Below are positions 61,548 through 64,000 of a DNA stretch of 64,000 bases, one piece after another. The first letter of the stretch is position 1, and each line of letters begins with the position of its first letter. Made by a program: the position numbers and the translations under genes. The stretch lies in contig NMRA01000268.1 of assembly GCA_002633005.1 (NCBI GenBank), positions 192,585-256,584 of the forward strand, given 5' to 3'. This DNA is from Phoronis australis. Taxonomy: Eukaryota; Animalia; Phoronida. Under the pieces are notes generated by a model. The model was not told where the DNA came from and did not search any database. It was given only the letters and a program-made list of their open reading frames with translations.

Positions 61548-62153
61548 AAATCTTAGAGTCAGGTTTCTTGCTCCTCAGCTCGGTTTTTACTATATTGTAA
61601 TAAGGCACAAAAATGGTTCCGGGTAATCAGTGCAAGGGGCCCACATGTGCGACCTGTGCATGTCTGGTACAATGTGTATCACACCACCTGCCATTATTAC
61701 TTTTTTAGCTTCCATCAGACAATGATTTTGAGAAACTGTGTGCATTCGTAACAATGAAAATTGCAAAAGGACTGTTTTGGCAAGTATTGTTATCCGCAAT
61801 TGGTGAAACTTTATTGTATTGTCTGTAGTTTTCAAATTTAATTGGACTAAGTCGAACTTTGACTAAGTCTCGACTAGTGGAAATGTGGTTTTATGTCATT
61901 ACCACAAGATCCCATAGCTGAGTGCTCAGCCAGTTTCCATTCATCGGTTATCACTGCTCAAAATCAAGGGGAAACACAAACATTATCTAAGACACTGCAT
62001 ACTGGTAGTGTGGCTGTTGTTAGTAAAGGTATCCTAACTTATGGACCGATGAGCTCACACCCTGAGTGGTATGATTGTGTGGTGCTAACAAAACCAACAT
62101 TATACTTGCCATAAAATCTCACATACCACGAAACAAACTAAGTTGTGGTTTAA

Positions 62154-63257
62154 CCCTTTCAACACCGCAGACCGCTTAAGCGGTCTCTGAAACTTACCTC
62201 CATTCAACACCGTGGACCGCTTTATCGGTCTCACGATATGCCGAACTTCCAAGCAACAGAATATTTGATTGGTTGATTAGGGGAATTCTTTTGTGTACGT
62301 CACAAATTTAAATATAGCCTTACCTTCATTTCTAACAGCTTTTCTGATTCGTTGCTGAGAGGTAACGTGAGTTATTGAAGGGGTTTTCCAAGAATTTAGA
62401 TCGATGACTCGCGAAAACAAAATGTCGGCCGACGGCGATTCAGACGTAGACTTTTCAAATGACGAAATTGGCAATAATTTGTATACTTTTTACTTAATTA
62501 ATATACAAGATAACCCAAAAAGGAATTCTTATAAATCTGGCCAGATTTTGTTGACTATTACGACAAAGAAGTTGAATTACATGGCTTTGAACCGGAGGAA
62601 AACTTTGCAGGTCGCGAATTTCGCAATTGGGTCAAACAAACGCCGTTGAACTTCGACATCTTCGCAAATTTTCTGAACATGTGGAGTCTTCTAGAGTTTA
62701 CGATGGTTACGATAAGCAAGTTGAGTACTTTAAAAATTTCTATATTGATGAAATATTCGGTGAAATTGTCAGGGTAATTAATTTGAACGCCCAAAGGAAG
62801 CGCGAGTCACAACCGGAAGTGGACAAATTTGAATCGTTGAACTTAACGATCGCCTAATTTAAGTCACTTTATGGACTTCAAATGTAAATAGAAGATGTGA
62901 AATGTGATTAAAAACGTATCTTAAGAAATTTTACTGAAGAATATTCACGACACTGTTACTCATAAATCATTTTTATTCTTTAAACGATACATTGAATTGG
63001 CAAATTGGCAAACAAACACCGGCATTTCAGGTGTTACTTACCTGCATCACATGAGAGAGTGGGATTTTTTAATTTTGGTGAATTTGTAGATAAAGTTCAT
63101 TCTGTTCTCTACATTTTGGTGTATTACACTTTGAAATTCAATGATAAATGGATTGTTTATGGAATTTTGAAAACAAGCACCTCAGTTCAGCCCATGTGTA
63201 CTAAGTTACTTGGGGTTCAGGGACACAATGGCCGACAGTTACTTGGAGGTGAAAGAG
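62154..63257. mobile_element. Non-autonomous piggyBac-like element in PSMD4 intron
   Basis: TTAA|CCCTTTCAAC ... GGTGAAAGAG|TTAA (TTAA at 62150-62153 and 63258-63261); subterminal direct repeats TTCAACACCG..GACCGCTT; acidic N-terminal remnant MSADGDSDVDFSNDE. Confidence 0.75.
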
Positions 63258-63420
63258 TTAAACCAGTTATTGGTGTACAATGGTTCTTAACTTGTTCCTT
63301 ACTTAGCTGCGGATTGTCTTCTGGGAACTGACAGTTTGTGCTTGAGACAAATACTGGGTAGAGTTCAGTAGCTGTCTTGCGGCTAGAAAAATCTTGCCAA
63401 AATCAGGTGTTCTCATTTGA

Positions 63421-64000
63421 AGTAAGTATGTAAGTAAGTAAGTAATTTTTTATTATAAGGACATGTGTTCAAATGAATTTAAACAATGAATACATTACAA
63501 AGACTAGGAACACCCAGCCCTCCACGGGGCTTATAAGACACTTTAGATACATGGTACAAAAAAGAAAAGACAAGTGTACACGCATTGCAAGAGGACCAGA
63601 AAGAGAGGCCGAGATAAAGCGATCATAAATAAATATAATTTTCCTTACTTCAAAAATATTTTGGATGAAAACTGAAGTTTTTCTAATAACATCTTTTTGC
63701 ATGATTGTAATTAATTTACTTTCACAGCTTTCTGCACGGAATCGTGGATATTTAATCTCAACTTGACAGTAAAAGGTGTTTCTGGCATCTAAGAAAAATG
63801 GACACTCAAACAGAAAATAAAGTTCAGTTTCGACCTGACCAGTGTGACAAAGACAGCAAATTCTGTCATCAAAATCTAGAGAACGAAAACGCCCAACCTC
63901 AACCAATAGCTGTAGGGTTCCGGTTCTAATTTGATCAAGAATTGATCTACTAGGCCGTGTTAAGTCTAAAACCACGTAAGGCTCAACTTAAAAGACATTC
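63421..64000 (-). mobile_element. Non-LTR retrotransposon (LINE, RTE-X-like) 3' end
   Basis: Minus ORF ..QIRTGTLQLLVEVGRF..DRICCLCHTGQVETELYFLFEC.. (C-terminal zinc-knuckle region), then AATAAA and a (TTAC)n tail at 63421-63454. Confidence 0.8.

Overview
AT-rich, intron-rich animal genomic DNA, probably a marine invertebrate such as a lophotrochozoan (inferred from gene and TE types). It comes from a draft assembly with nine single-N joins, several flanked by duplicated or collapsed sequence. Three host genes can be reconstructed on the + strand. (1) A two-exon orphan gene (TATA box, ATG-only first coding exon at 16532-16534, second exon 19460-19975) encoding a 172-aa secreted protein with a signal peptide and several basic cleavage sites, resembling a peptide precursor. 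(2) A >=7-exon gene (31407-41058) for a type I membrane protein with an IgGFc-binding N-terminal domain, an acidic DxDxDG motif, a mucin stalk and a Cys-rich TM/juxtamembrane segment; it has one GC-AG intron and an unresolved 5' end. (3) The first six coding exons of PSMD4/Rpn10 (52682-61290, continuing beyond the window). The rest is mostly mobile DNA: a decayed Academ element inserted in the centre of a 22-bp palindrome, a P-like THAP element (7-bp TSD), an 8-bp-TSD MITE, an AcademH-like MITE, a piggyBac-like element, Penelope-like retroelements with inverted arms carrying minimal hammerhead ribozyme cores, a young Gypsy LTR element 410 bp upstream of PSMD4, and a LINE 3' end. There is also a local segmental duplication (1-6357 vs 23572-26940). 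All calls were made by eye; no database searches were run.
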